From Candidatus Aminicenantales bacterium (GTDB lineage: Bacteria > Acidobacteriota > Aminicenantia > Aminicenantales > UBA4085), in the NCBI GenBank assembly GCA_049515535.1, contig JBEKTZ010000010.1, positions 124,001 to 157,650 of the forward strand: 33,650 nt of DNA, given 5' to 3'. Made by a program: the position numbers and the translations under genes. Below are positions 26,401 through 33,650 of the stretch, one piece after another. The notes under the pieces were generated by a model. It had not been told where the DNA came from and made no database searches. It worked only from the letters and a program-made list of their open reading frames with translations. Positions within the stretch are counted from its first letter, which is position 1. Each line of letters starts with the position of its first letter.

Positions 26401-26551
26401 GGCCGGCGGTGACCTGGATCGTGGGGAAATCGACATTGGGAAGGTCGCTCACGGGGAGAAGACGGTACCCGAGGATCCCGAATATGAGAATACCGGACAT
26501 GACCAGCGTCGTCATGACCGGGCGGCGGACGAAGATCTCTGAAAAATTCAT
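23462..26551 (-). CDS. RND efflux permease (MdtB/MdtC-like)
   Basis: FVRRPV, LPVSDLPNVDFPTI, VDDAIVMLENI, GLVKKNGIMMVDFA, RFRPIMMTT. Confidence 0.96.
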   Translation of the reverse strand: MNFSEIFVRRPVMTTLVMSGILIFGILGYRLLPVSDLPNVDFPTIQVTAGLPGASPETMASSVATPLEKQFSTIAGLDSMTSTNMLGVTQITLQFALSRNLDAAAQDVQGAISRTMRQLPPQMPAPPYYQKVNPADQPILFMLLTSPTLPLSALDEYAQTTMAQRISMVDGVAQVQVYGSQTYAVRVQLDPDALASRGVGIDDVALAIQSSNVNMPTGTLYGPYQAFTIESSGQLTSAPAYRELIVTYRKGSPVRLKDLGRVLDSVQNDKVAAWMYRGQAEQRAIMLAIQRQPGTNTVAVTTAVKQLLPGFRSQLPASVDFQILVDRSESIRASVNDVKFTLVLALVLVIFVIFFFLRNVRATLIPSLALPFSIIGTFAVMAILGYSLDNLSLMALTLSIGFLVDDAIVMLENIVRHQEMGDKTFDATLKGSKEIGFTIVSMTLSLAAVFIPILFMGGILGRLFHEFAVTIAAAVLFSGFVSLSLTPMLAGRLLRAPGEEKHGRLYKAAEKIIQGMLNAYRVSLLWVLKRKRAALAFSAAVLVATVVLFIKIPKGFLPTEDTGMISGVTEAAQGISFISMTEHQRAVAALLARDPNIESFSSSIGGMSSSNAGRMFIRLKPRSERKLEADQVIAQLRPKLFAVPGIRAFLQNPPPIQIGARSTKAVYQFTLQSPDVDELYASAAKFETRMRGLPGLQDVTSDMQLQNPQVNVEIDRDKALALGVTPFQIEDGLYYSYGTRQVSTIYTANNQYQVIMELEPEFQNDPAQLSKLYIRSSSGSLVPLDSVARLTRSVGPLTVNHSGQIPSVTISFNLKLGVALGDAVNDIKQIARETLPATISSNFQGAAQAFQSSLKGLGFLLLMTILVIYMILGILYESFIHPLTILSALPFAGFGALVTLFIFRIDLSIYAFVGIIMLVGLVKKNGIMMVDFAIAAEREEGKKAEDAIFEACLIRFRPIMMTTMAALFGTLPIALGIGAGAESRQPLGLAVVGGLLFSQLVTLYVTPVIYVYLDALKKKKVPVTVLSLP

Positions 26552-26564
26552 CGGGGCGTTCCTC

Positions 26565-27692
26565 CTATCGCGTCTGTTTGAGCTGGACTCGAGCCCCCGG
26601 AACGAGCTGGAGCTGGCCGTCCGTGACGACTTTCTCGCCCGGCTTGACGCCGTCGGTAATCACGGCCTCGCCGCCGACGATACGGTCGACTTTCGGACGC
26701 CTCATCTCGACGGTCATGTCGTCCTTGACGACGAACAGGTAGAGGCCGCTCTGTCCGGTCTGGACGGCCTGCGACGGGACGACCACGGCGTTTTTCTCCG
26801 TGGTCAAGGTCAGGACGACGTTCACGAACTGGCCCGGCCAGAGCCGACGGTCCTGGTTGGCAAAAGTCCCTTTGAGCATGATCGTGCCCGTAGTGCGGTC
26901 AATAGCGTTATCGATGAACGTCAGCGCCCCCGCAACGGGCGCACCGACTCCGACGATGGCTTCGGTCTTCAATTCTCCCTTCGTTCTATAGTCGCTGATC
27001 CGGGGCAGGTCCTGTTCGGGAACGGAGAACGAGACGCGGATGGGCGCGATTTGATTGATGACCAGGGCGGGAGAGGCGTCCGTGGCCCGGATGAGGTTTC
27101 CCCGATAAATGAGAAAGCTTCCCGTGCGGCCGTCGATCGGCGAACGAACCGTGCAGCGCTCGAGCTGGAGCCGGGCGTTGGCTACGTTGGCTTCATCCGC
27201 CTTGATCGCGGCCGCGAAGACGTCTCGATTCGACAGAATTTTGTCGTTTTGCTCGCGCGTCACATATTCTTTCGCGACGAGATCCTTGTACCTTTGAGCG
27301 TCCGCTTCCGCCTCCTTGAGCTGGGCTGTGTCCTTTTCGAGGAGCGCTTGAGCCTGTTTTAGGGCGATATCATAAGGCTGCGGGTCGATCGTGAAGAGAA
27401 GGTCCCCTTGTTTCACGTCCTGGCCTTCCTGGAAATAGACGGCCGTGATTTCCCCGGTGACCTGCGCCTTCACGGCGACGGTCGAATAGGCTTCGGCTTC
27501 TCCGATCGCTTTGATCTGGATGGGGACGTCCTTTTGGACGGCCTCGGCCGCGACGATGAGCACGGCCGGCCCTCCTCCAGCGGCCGGCCGGCCGCCGTTA
27601 TTGGACGAGGAGGAACAGGCCGACGACATCAGAAACGACAACCCGATCAGGCCAATGATCGCGGACTTTTTATTTTTTTCGCGGGATCTCAT
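26565..27692 (-). CDS. RND periplasmic adaptor (MdtA-like)
   Basis: AAGGAG RBS at MRSREK; FQEGQDVKQGDLLFTIDP, SPIDGRTG, LWPGQFV. Confidence 0.93.
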   Translation of the reverse strand: MRSREKNKKSAIIGLIGLSFLMSSACSSSSNNGGRPAAGGGPAVLIVAAEAVQKDVPIQIKAIGEAEAYSTVAVKAQVTGEITAVYFQEGQDVKQGDLLFTIDPQPYDIALKQAQALLEKDTAQLKEAEADAQRYKDLVAKEYVTREQNDKILSNRDVFAAAIKADEANVANARLQLERCTVRSPIDGRTGSFLIYRGNLIRATDASPALVINQIAPIRVSFSVPEQDLPRISDYRTKGELKTEAIVGVGAPVAGALTFIDNAIDRTTGTIMLKGTFANQDRRLWPGQFVNVVLTLTTEKNAVVVPSQAVQTGQSGLYLFVVKDDMTVEMRRPKVDRIVGGEAVITDGVKPGEKVVTDGQLQLVPGARVQLKQTR

Positions 27693-27718
27693 GGTTCGTA
27701 TTCTCCTTTGCGGGCCCG

Positions 27719-29209
27719 TCAAAAGCCCGGATTCGACGCTGTCCCGGGCGCGCCCAAGGTCCCGGTATCGTGCGTGAACTGGACGAGCGACAGGAACCAT
27801 TCCGTCCGGGCCTGGATGGCCTGACCGCGCCCGTTCTCCAGGACGCTTTGGGCGGTCAGAAGGTCCAGAATGCTCCCGACGCCTTCTTTGTATCTCCCCA
27901 GAGCCACTTCGTAGGATTTTTCGGCGCTGGCCAGGAGGTCCTGGGCGGTTCTGATTTTTTGCTCCGATGTCTTCACCCCATAAAAACTCGTCCATACCTG
28001 GAGGGCGATGTCCTGCTCGAGCTTCTCCATTTGAGCGCCGGCCGTCTCGGCGTCCGCGCGCGCTTGAAGAAGTTGATAGTCGCGCTGAAAGCCGGAAAAA
28101 ATGGGGATATCCAGGAGAACGGCGATGGTGAACTGCTCGTTCGAAATGGCCTGGCCCTGATAATAGACGCGGCCGTAGTTGCTGTTCAGCGTGAAATTGG
28201 GCAAGCGGTCGGATTGGGCCTTCCGAATCTGAGCCTGGGCTTTGGTGACGAGCGCTTGGGACGCGGCCAGGTCGGGCCGCCGGGTTTCGGCATCCTTGAT
28301 GCAGGCGTCAACCTGCTTCGAAAATTCCTCAACAGGGATCGCCTCGGCCGGCTCGTCGGCGATCTCGAAGCTCGCGTTGGCAAACAGGCCGAGGGCGTTG
28401 GCCAGCACGCCGTGAAGCGTCTGGACCAATCCTTGCGCGGTCACGAGATTGAGCTCCGTGCTCGAAAGCGCCGTTTTCGCCTGGAGCACATCGGCGACGG
28501 TCGCGACCCCCGCCCGTTGCCGCTCTCTCGCTGCGTCATGGTTGGCCTGGGCCCCTTTCAGGCTGGCCTCCTGGGCTTTGAGAAGGGCCTTGGCGGCGAG
28601 ATACTGATAATAGGATTTTTCGACCAGGAGGATGACGTTTTGGATGGCCGCGTTCTGCGTCCAGTTGGCCGCCTGAAGTGTTTCCCGGGCGGAATCCGTC
28701 GCGGCTTTTCTTCCGCCGAAATCGAAAAGAAGAAAGCTCAGAGTGGCGAGGGGGTTAAGGGTGGTTTGGTCGACGATAAACTTTCCTCCGGCGAAGGCCG
28801 CTTTTTGACGGGCGGCGTTCGCCGTGGCTTCGATCCTGGGAAAATAGGAGCTTTGCGCCGATCCGAGGGCGGCCGCCGCGGACCGGGCCGCATTCCAGGC
28901 CAGGCGAGTTTGGGGGTTGTTGGTCAGTCCGATATCCACGAGATTCTCCAGAGTCAAACCCTGTTTGGAGGATTGAAGCTCGGCCGGGATTTTCGGCGCG
29001 GGTTGCTCCGCAGGTCGCGGCGAGAGCGCCGCCGGCGGTTTCCACGGATTCCGCGGCGAGTCGGACACGCGTTGGGAGAGTGTGTCCGTCGTCACGCAGC
29101 CCGCGAGTCCCGCGGCGACGGCGATAACGAACAGGGCTTTTAAAATTCGCCATGCGCGACGATAGGAGGATGTTGATGGGAACGCGATGGAATGATGGAA
29201 AATCCCCAT
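27719..29209 (-). CDS. TolC-family outer-membrane efflux lipoprotein
   Basis: GAGGAG RBS at MGIFHH; lipobox LAGC; NNP, LFDFG, RRPDL, RYKEGVGSILDLL. Confidence 0.92.
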   Translation of the reverse strand: MGIFHHSIAFPSTSSYRRAWRILKALFVIAVAAGLAGCVTTDTLSQRVSDSPRNPWKPPAALSPRPAEQPAPKIPAELQSSKQGLTLENLVDIGLTNNPQTRLAWNAARSAAAALGSAQSSYFPRIEATANAARQKAAFAGGKFIVDQTTLNPLATLSFLLFDFGGRKAATDSARETLQAANWTQNAAIQNVILLVEKSYYQYLAAKALLKAQEASLKGAQANHDAARERQRAGVATVADVLQAKTALSSTELNLVTAQGLVQTLHGVLANALGLFANASFEIADEPAEAIPVEEFSKQVDACIKDAETRRPDLAASQALVTKAQAQIRKAQSDRLPNFTLNSNYGRVYYQGQAISNEQFTIAVLLDIPIFSGFQRDYQLLQARADAETAGAQMEKLEQDIALQVWTSFYGVKTSEQKIRTAQDLLASAEKSYEVALGRYKEGVGSILDLLTAQSVLENGRGQAIQARTEWFLSLVQFTHDTGTLGAPGTASNPGF

Positions 29210-29338
29210 GATTGATCTCCTCTTTGGCAAGGAATTTTCAGCGGATCCAGAATCCGCCAAGTTTTCTATTTTAGCAAATAAGTCCGCATTATTCCCTTTT
29301 ATTTTGACCGGATGATGAAAGGGTACGAACACTTCGTA

Positions 29339-29367
29339 TTGACAGGGGGCCGGATTTTCCGGACAAT
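29339..29367 (+). promoter_or_regulatory. sigma70 promoter
   Basis: TTGACA-17 bp-GACAAT upstream of the ATG at 29397. Confidence 0.6.
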
Positions 29368-29396
29368 GACTACTCGCATAAGAAAGGAAACCCATA

Positions 29397-30446
29397 ATGA
29401 AAAGAACCCCGTTCCCCGTATCCGCCCGTATCGCGCTCATGGTCCTGGCCGGACTGGCTTCGTCCGCCCTGGCCCAGGAAACGACGCGGAAAGTCCTATA
29501 CTCTCTCCAGCCGGGCGAAACGATCATGCGCGCTGAAAGCACGATCGCGATCGCGGCGGGCGCGGCCGATATCGTCCTCGTCACGACGATGGCCAAAGAC
29601 AATAAAGGCCCGTTCTTCGTCGTCCGCGACGGAAAAAGGACCGGCCCGTTCACCGGGATCAAGGAAACGATGGCCACGGCCTACGCGGGCCGGACGGATT
29701 CTTCCCAGAAAAACCGCGACTGCGCGTCGTACACTCCTCCCCCGCCCCCCGAGGACGCGTCCGCGACGACAGAGTCCGATCAGCAAGGCCGGCAGGTCGT
29801 CAAATTCAAGGGGAAGACGTTCGGGTCTCATCTTCTCATCTTCTCGGTCCAGACCACGCCGGATGGCGCTCTGGCCTATCTGACGGCGGGCGACAATGAC
29901 AAAAGCTGGTTCGAATGCTCGGACGGTCGCAAGGTCTCCTTCGGCGGCATCCCGGCCGAAATCAAATTCAGCCCCGATGGAAAGAATGCGGCCGTCGTCT
30001 GCCAAGGCAATTTCAGCATGGGCGAGATGAATAACATGAGCAAACTGCCGCCCGAAAAGCTCCAGGCCGCTTTCGCGGAGCAGGAGAAAAAGTATCTTTA
30101 TACGATCGCCGGCAAGAAATACGGACCGTTTAAAAGCTCCTTTGGCGCTCATGACGTTTGGTTTCCCAAGACAAGCAACGATATGTATTTCCATGTCAAC
30201 GATCAGCTCTTTCGGAACGGGGCTCCGATGATGAAAGCCGATTCCTTCGATCCCTGCCAATTCTATCCCACCCCCGACGGGAAGGCGTATGCCATGTTGA
30301 CCTACGAAAACATCGTCTTCAGCGACGGCAAAACGTACCCGGCGCCTCTGGATATCGTGGTCTTCCAGGACGGCGGAAAGACCGTGTTCAAATGGATCAC
30401 CCTGGAGAACAACAAGGACATCGTTGTTTATCAGAGAGCGATGTAG
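29397..30446 (+). CDS. Secreted hypothetical protein, beta-rich (propeller-like blades)
   Basis: AAGGA RBS; signal ALA|QE; repeated GK..GPF and FSPDGK/TPDG motifs. Confidence 0.8.
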   Translation: MKRTPFPVSARIALMVLAGLASSALAQETTRKVLYSLQPGETIMRAESTIAIAAGAADIVLVTTMAKDNKGPFFVVRDGKRTGPFTGIKETMATAYAGRTDSSQKNRDCASYTPPPPPEDASATTESDQQGRQVVKFKGKTFGSHLLIFSVQTTPDGALAYLTAGDNDKSWFECSDGRKVSFGGIPAEIKFSPDGKNAAVVCQGNFSMGEMNNMSKLPPEKLQAAFAEQEKKYLYTIAGKKYGPFKSSFGAHDVWFPKTSNDMYFHVNDQLFRNGAPMMKADSFDPCQFYPTPDGKAYAMLTYENIVFSDGKTYPAPLDIVVFQDGGKTVFKWITLENNKDIVVYQRAM

Positions 30447-31254
30447 CGTCCGGCGTTCGTCGCATGCGACGGAAAGGGCGACGCCCCGAAGGCCGAACCG
30501 GCGCGCCGCGTCATTCCTCGCGACCGTCGCCGTCATCGCCCTATTTCTGACGTCCGGATCCGAGGCCTTGTCCGCCGCGGACGAGGACTATGCCGCGATT
30601 TTCGGCGATAAATACGCGGCGGCCGAACGGTTCCTCCGCGAGAACGTCTGGATCGCAGGCGCCCTGCGATTATCGCCGGAGGATACCAGGATCGCCCTGG
30701 CCGTCGTCTTTCCCGAGATCATTCGCTTTAGCGCCTTGGAGGACGCGATCCAGGTCCGCGGACTCAAAGTCCTGTATGTTCAGTACGGCCGCGCCTATAT
30801 GAACTTTTCCGTTGGACACTTCCAAATGAAGCCGTCGTTCGTCGAAAACCTCGAATCCGATTATAACCGCTTGTTCAACCCCGAGGAAAAAAGCGCCGCC
30901 GCCATTCCGGCCTTCGAACGCGGCGATTCCGCCGAGCTGCGCAACAAGAGGGTTCTCCGGCTCGACGACACGGTCTGGCAGGTCCGCTACCTGCGGATGT
31001 TCATCCTCGTGATGGAAAAGCGCTACGGACATGTCGCCTTCAGCGACGCGGAGGACCGTCTGCGTTTTTACGCGACGGCTTACAACGCCGGATACGCCTC
31101 GGGCGAGCGGGCCCTTCGGCGGGCTATGAACGATAAGCGGTTCCACACGGAATTGCTTTTTCCCAAGAGGACCTATGTCTATGCCGACGTGGCCCTGTTT
31201 TTTTTCCGGACTCACCCGCCCGAAGCGAACCTCCAACCTGCGCTGCCCACTTGA
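30424..31254 (+). CDS. Exported hypothetical protein with lysozyme/SLT-like motifs
   Basis: TTG start with AAGGA upstream (uncertain); hydrophobic segment; VFPE, SVGHFQMK, AYNAG. Confidence 0.68.
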   Translation: MFIRERCSVRRSSHATERATPRRPNRRAASFLATVAVIALFLTSGSEALSAADEDYAAIFGDKYAAAERFLRENVWIAGALRLSPEDTRIALAVVFPEIIRFSALEDAIQVRGLKVLYVQYGRAYMNFSVGHFQMKPSFVENLESDYNRLFNPEEKSAAAIPAFERGDSAELRNKRVLRLDDTVWQVRYLRMFILVMEKRYGHVAFSDAEDRLRFYATAYNAGYASGERALRRAMNDKRFHTELLFPKRTYVYADVALFFFRTHPPEANLQPALPT

Positions 31255-31280
31255 TACCGCCGCAAAGCCCGCCGATAACC

Positions 31281-32114
31281 TTATTTCTTCACGATCTCGA
31301 CGCGGCGGTTCTTGGCCCGGCCGTCCTCCGAGCGATTGTCGGCGATCGGCTTGTCCTGGCCCCAGCCGAGCGCGGTCATCCGGTTCGCAGCGACGTCCAG
31401 CTTGACGACGGCGTCCAAAACGGCTTTGGCCCGCTGTTCGGAGAGTGTCTTGTTCGAAGCCGGCGTGCCGACGTTATCGGTATGGCCTTCGATGCTCAGC
31501 TTGAGATCCAGGTGGGACTTCATCAGGGCCGCGATCTGTTCGACGATCGGCTGGGATTCGGGCTTGATCGCGGCCTTGCCCGTGTCGAAGTTGATGTAGA
31601 GAGCGATGAAGCCGTCCTTGGCCAGGGCATTATACATGGCGTCGGCGGTCACTTCCTGGACCATCGCCTCGACTTCAACGACGTTCAGAGTGAAATTGCG
31701 GCCGTCATTGTAGACATCGAGTTTGACCCATATCTCTTTTCCGTTTTTGACGAGTTTGGCCGAGAGATTGTTGGAATCATCGTTGAGGATGGATCCACCG
31801 ATGGATTTCACGGCATTGCCGTAGTTCCTCCGGATCTGGAGGACACTGGGCATCTGGGCACCCTCTTTAAGGCTATAATCGATCCGGGTCACCTGACCCT
31901 CGACGGTTTTCTCCGGAGAGTCCGGCAGATAGAATTCGACGGCGTCAAAACTCACCTTGCAGTCGGAGATGTAGAAATTCTTCATCCGGGAGAACAAGGG
32001 GTGGTCTTTGCAGTTCTCGGCATCCGCTTCCTGGGCGAAGGCCGCGCCGGCCAGGCCTAGAAAAGCGATGGATAGAACGCTCAGGATCATGATCTTTGTC
32101 CGCCTATTCGTCAT
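31281..32114 (-). CDS. OmpA-family peptidoglycan-binding protein (DUF4892-like N-terminus)
   Basis: GAGGAGG RBS; CKDHPLFSRM; INFDTGKA, IEGHTD, LSEQRA, NRRVEI. Confidence 0.92.
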   Translation of the reverse strand: MTNRRTKIMILSVLSIAFLGLAGAAFAQEADAENCKDHPLFSRMKNFYISDCKVSFDAVEFYLPDSPEKTVEGQVTRIDYSLKEGAQMPSVLQIRRNYGNAVKSIGGSILNDDSNNLSAKLVKNGKEIWVKLDVYNDGRNFTLNVVEVEAMVQEVTADAMYNALAKDGFIALYINFDTGKAAIKPESQPIVEQIAALMKSHLDLKLSIEGHTDNVGTPASNKTLSEQRAKAVLDAVVKLDVAANRMTALGWGQDKPIADNRSEDGRAKNRRVEIVKK

Positions 32115-32232
32115 GACAACCTCCTCATCGATGATTTTCCTATCATTCTTATAATAATAGTTTATATCGAAAAATAAAGAAAAGAAAGGGATCACGCCCT
32201 CGATGAAACAGCTTCTTTAATGGATAGGGCGG

Positions 32233-33063
32233 TTACTTTTTCGCCGCTTTTCTCCGCTTTTGAATGTTTTTGCTCCCCTTTTTTTTCAAGGACGGATAAA
32301 GGAAGAAATAGAGCCGGGGAAAAGCCATGGCGAAACGATAGAGCGTTCCCATCCCGCCGGGAACAAGGATCTCGGCCTTCTTTTTGCGGATGGCCCGGCG
32401 GATTCCTTTAGCCACTTTCTCGGGTTTCATCGCCGTCCCGACGAAGGAAATAACGGCTTCGTCATGCTGCAGTTCATAAGCGAGCTGAGGGGTATCGACC
32501 GAATCGGGACAGACGACGGCGATATCGATCGGGCTGTCGTGAAGCTCGGCGGCCAGAGACAGCGTGTAATAGCGGATGCCGGCCTTGGTCGCGCTGTAGA
32601 TCGCCTCCCCCGACATGGGAACAATGCCGCCGAGCGAGGCGACGTTGACGATCTTGCCTTCACCGCGCGGCTTCATCACGCGCAGGGCGGCGCGGCAGCC
32701 GTTGATCGTCCCCATGAGGTTGACCTGGATTTGTTGCTGGAGCTTGTCAAAGGGAAGATCCTCGGCCGCGCCGGGATGGACGACTCCGGCGTTGTTGACG
32801 AGAATATCGATCCGGCCGAGCTCGCCGAGAACGCGGTCCGTCAGCGCTTTCCAGGAATCGGGATCGCGCACGTCGTGGACATGGGTCAGGGTTTTCGTCC
32901 CCTCCGCGGCCAGCTCCTTGGCGAGGATCTCGAGCGCGTCTTTTTTTATGTCGGTGAGGACGAGGATCGCGCCTTCTTTGGCCAGGAGGCGGGCCGTGGC
33001 CGAGCCGATTCCTCCGGCCGCTCCGGTGATGACGACGACCTTGTCTTTGATGTCTTTACCCAT
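32233..33063 (-). CDS. SDR family oxidoreductase
   Basis: TGAAGGIG, NNAG, YSATK. Confidence 0.94.
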   Translation of the reverse strand: MGKDIKDKVVVITGAAGGIGSATARLLAKEGAILVLTDIKKDALEILAKELAAEGTKTLTHVHDVRDPDSWKALTDRVLGELGRIDILVNNAGVVHPGAAEDLPFDKLQQQIQVNLMGTINGCRAALRVMKPRGEGKIVNVASLGGIVPMSGEAIYSATKAGIRYYTLSLAAELHDSPIDIAVVCPDSVDTPQLAYELQHDEAVISFVGTAMKPEKVAKGIRRAIRKKKAEILVPGGMGTLYRFAMAFPRLYFFLYPSLKKKGSKNIQKRRKAAKK

Positions 33064-33163
33064 CGGCTTTCCTCCAGGCGAAAAATATTTTTTATGCTAA
33101 CATAGAAATCCGACCTCGGCAAATGCTTGACCGGAATCACGGGGCGGAGGGTGACCTCCCCCC

Positions 33164-33184
33164 TGATAAAAACCTTTTTTATCA
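33164..33184. promoter_or_regulatory. 21-bp palindromic operator candidate
   Basis: TGATAAAAA-CCT-TTTTTATCA between divergent genes. Confidence 0.5.
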
Positions 33185-33254
33185 TTTTCACCATCTCATG
33201 CGATAAGGGTGATAGCCTCCTTCCCGCTTGACCAACTTCATCAGCGGGTACCTA

Positions 33255-33283
33255 TTGCATTTTAGTAAGAGATCTGGTAAGAT
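33255..33283 (+). promoter_or_regulatory. sigma70 promoter
   Basis: TTGCAT-17 bp-TAAGAT with extended TG. Confidence 0.6.
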
Positions 33284-33333
33284 ATAAGAGTATAGATAGA
33301 GGAATATTTATCATCAAATCTAAAGGAGGTAAA

Positions 33334-33650
33334 ATGAAAAAGCTTTTTAGTGTGTTAGTGGGTCTTTTACTTATCACCGCGTTGGCATCTGCAGCTGCAT
33401 TTACGCCCCTCACGATCACAATCCCAAAGACGGGAACGCAGGAGTATTTCGGAATCGCCAGAACCATCTCCCCGGGCGCGATTTCATGGAAAACGGGCGC
33501 CGTCTACAAATCCGGCGATTACTTGAAGTTCTATTTCACCGCGGGTAGCGGATTCAATTTCAAGGCTACGGCCAGCGGCTTTTATTATTTGGTCGGGCGC
33601 AGCCGGGGAGACAACAACCTGTATGCCGACTTGAATGCCAACGGCACGAA
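33334..33650 (+). CDS. Secreted protein, 3' end outside window
   Basis: Not in ORF track; AAGGAGGT RBS; MKKLFSVLVGLLLITALASAAA|FTPLTITIPKTG..., open to the window end. Confidence 0.85.
   Translation, partial: MKKLFSVLVGLLLITALASAAAFTPLTITIPKTGTQEYFGIARTISPGAISWKTGAVYKSGDYLKFYFTAGSGFNFKATASGFYYLVGRSRGDNNLYADLNANGT

Noticed and set aside
23462..29209. RND pump as exporter for the double-glycine peptides
   Set aside because: About 17 kb away, beyond the tRNA hotspot; the precursors have Sec-type signals and the pump looks like an ordinary MdtABC/TolC-type system.
27692..29677. Long N-terminal extensions in the ORF track (TolC to 29677, adaptor to 27995; similarly HicB to 17522, OmpA to 32195, 123-aa gene to 2594, barrel to 20701)
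   Set aside because: They overlap other genes or promoter DNA; internal ATGs have clear RBS and proper signal peptides or family-typical N-termini.

Overview
Bacterial DNA, mostly GC-rich, with AT-richer accessory patches; the taxon cannot be assigned from this window. Left third (1-11.6 kb): a truncated mgtA P3B Mg2+-ATPase, an orphan NtrC-type sigma54 activator, and two divergent consensus sigma54 promoters sharing a centred tandem repeat. One promoter drives a DUF6600 lipoprotein. The other drives an operon of a 49-aa membrane microprotein, a secreted C39-like cysteine peptidase with TPRs, two tandem 79-aa 'signal peptide - invariant linker - AGGG - variable hydrophobic helix' precursors and DUF3185-like small membrane proteins. 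This operon is the best candidate for an undescribed system: a transporter-independent double-glycine peptide maturation or anchoring module reminiscent of PA2778/PA2779. A methyltransferase and a P3A-type H+-ATPase follow. Middle (11.7-17.4 kb): tRNA-Leu(UAA) whose 5' half, not the usual 3' end, is duplicated 5.1 kb upstream. The two copies bracket an integrase-less island carrying a 93-bp element with IS3-like ends, an Ntn amidase, an ECF sigma/membrane protein/secreted four-domain rhodanese cassette and two IS91-like remnants; a hicBA pair abuts the fragment. Right half: ordinary envelope and secreted proteins (arylsulfate sulfotransferase, beta-barrel, Tat phosphoesterase, RND pump, SLT-like protein, OmpA-family protein, SDR) and the start of a secreted protein with strong expression signals. 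All family assignments come from motif recognition, not database searches.
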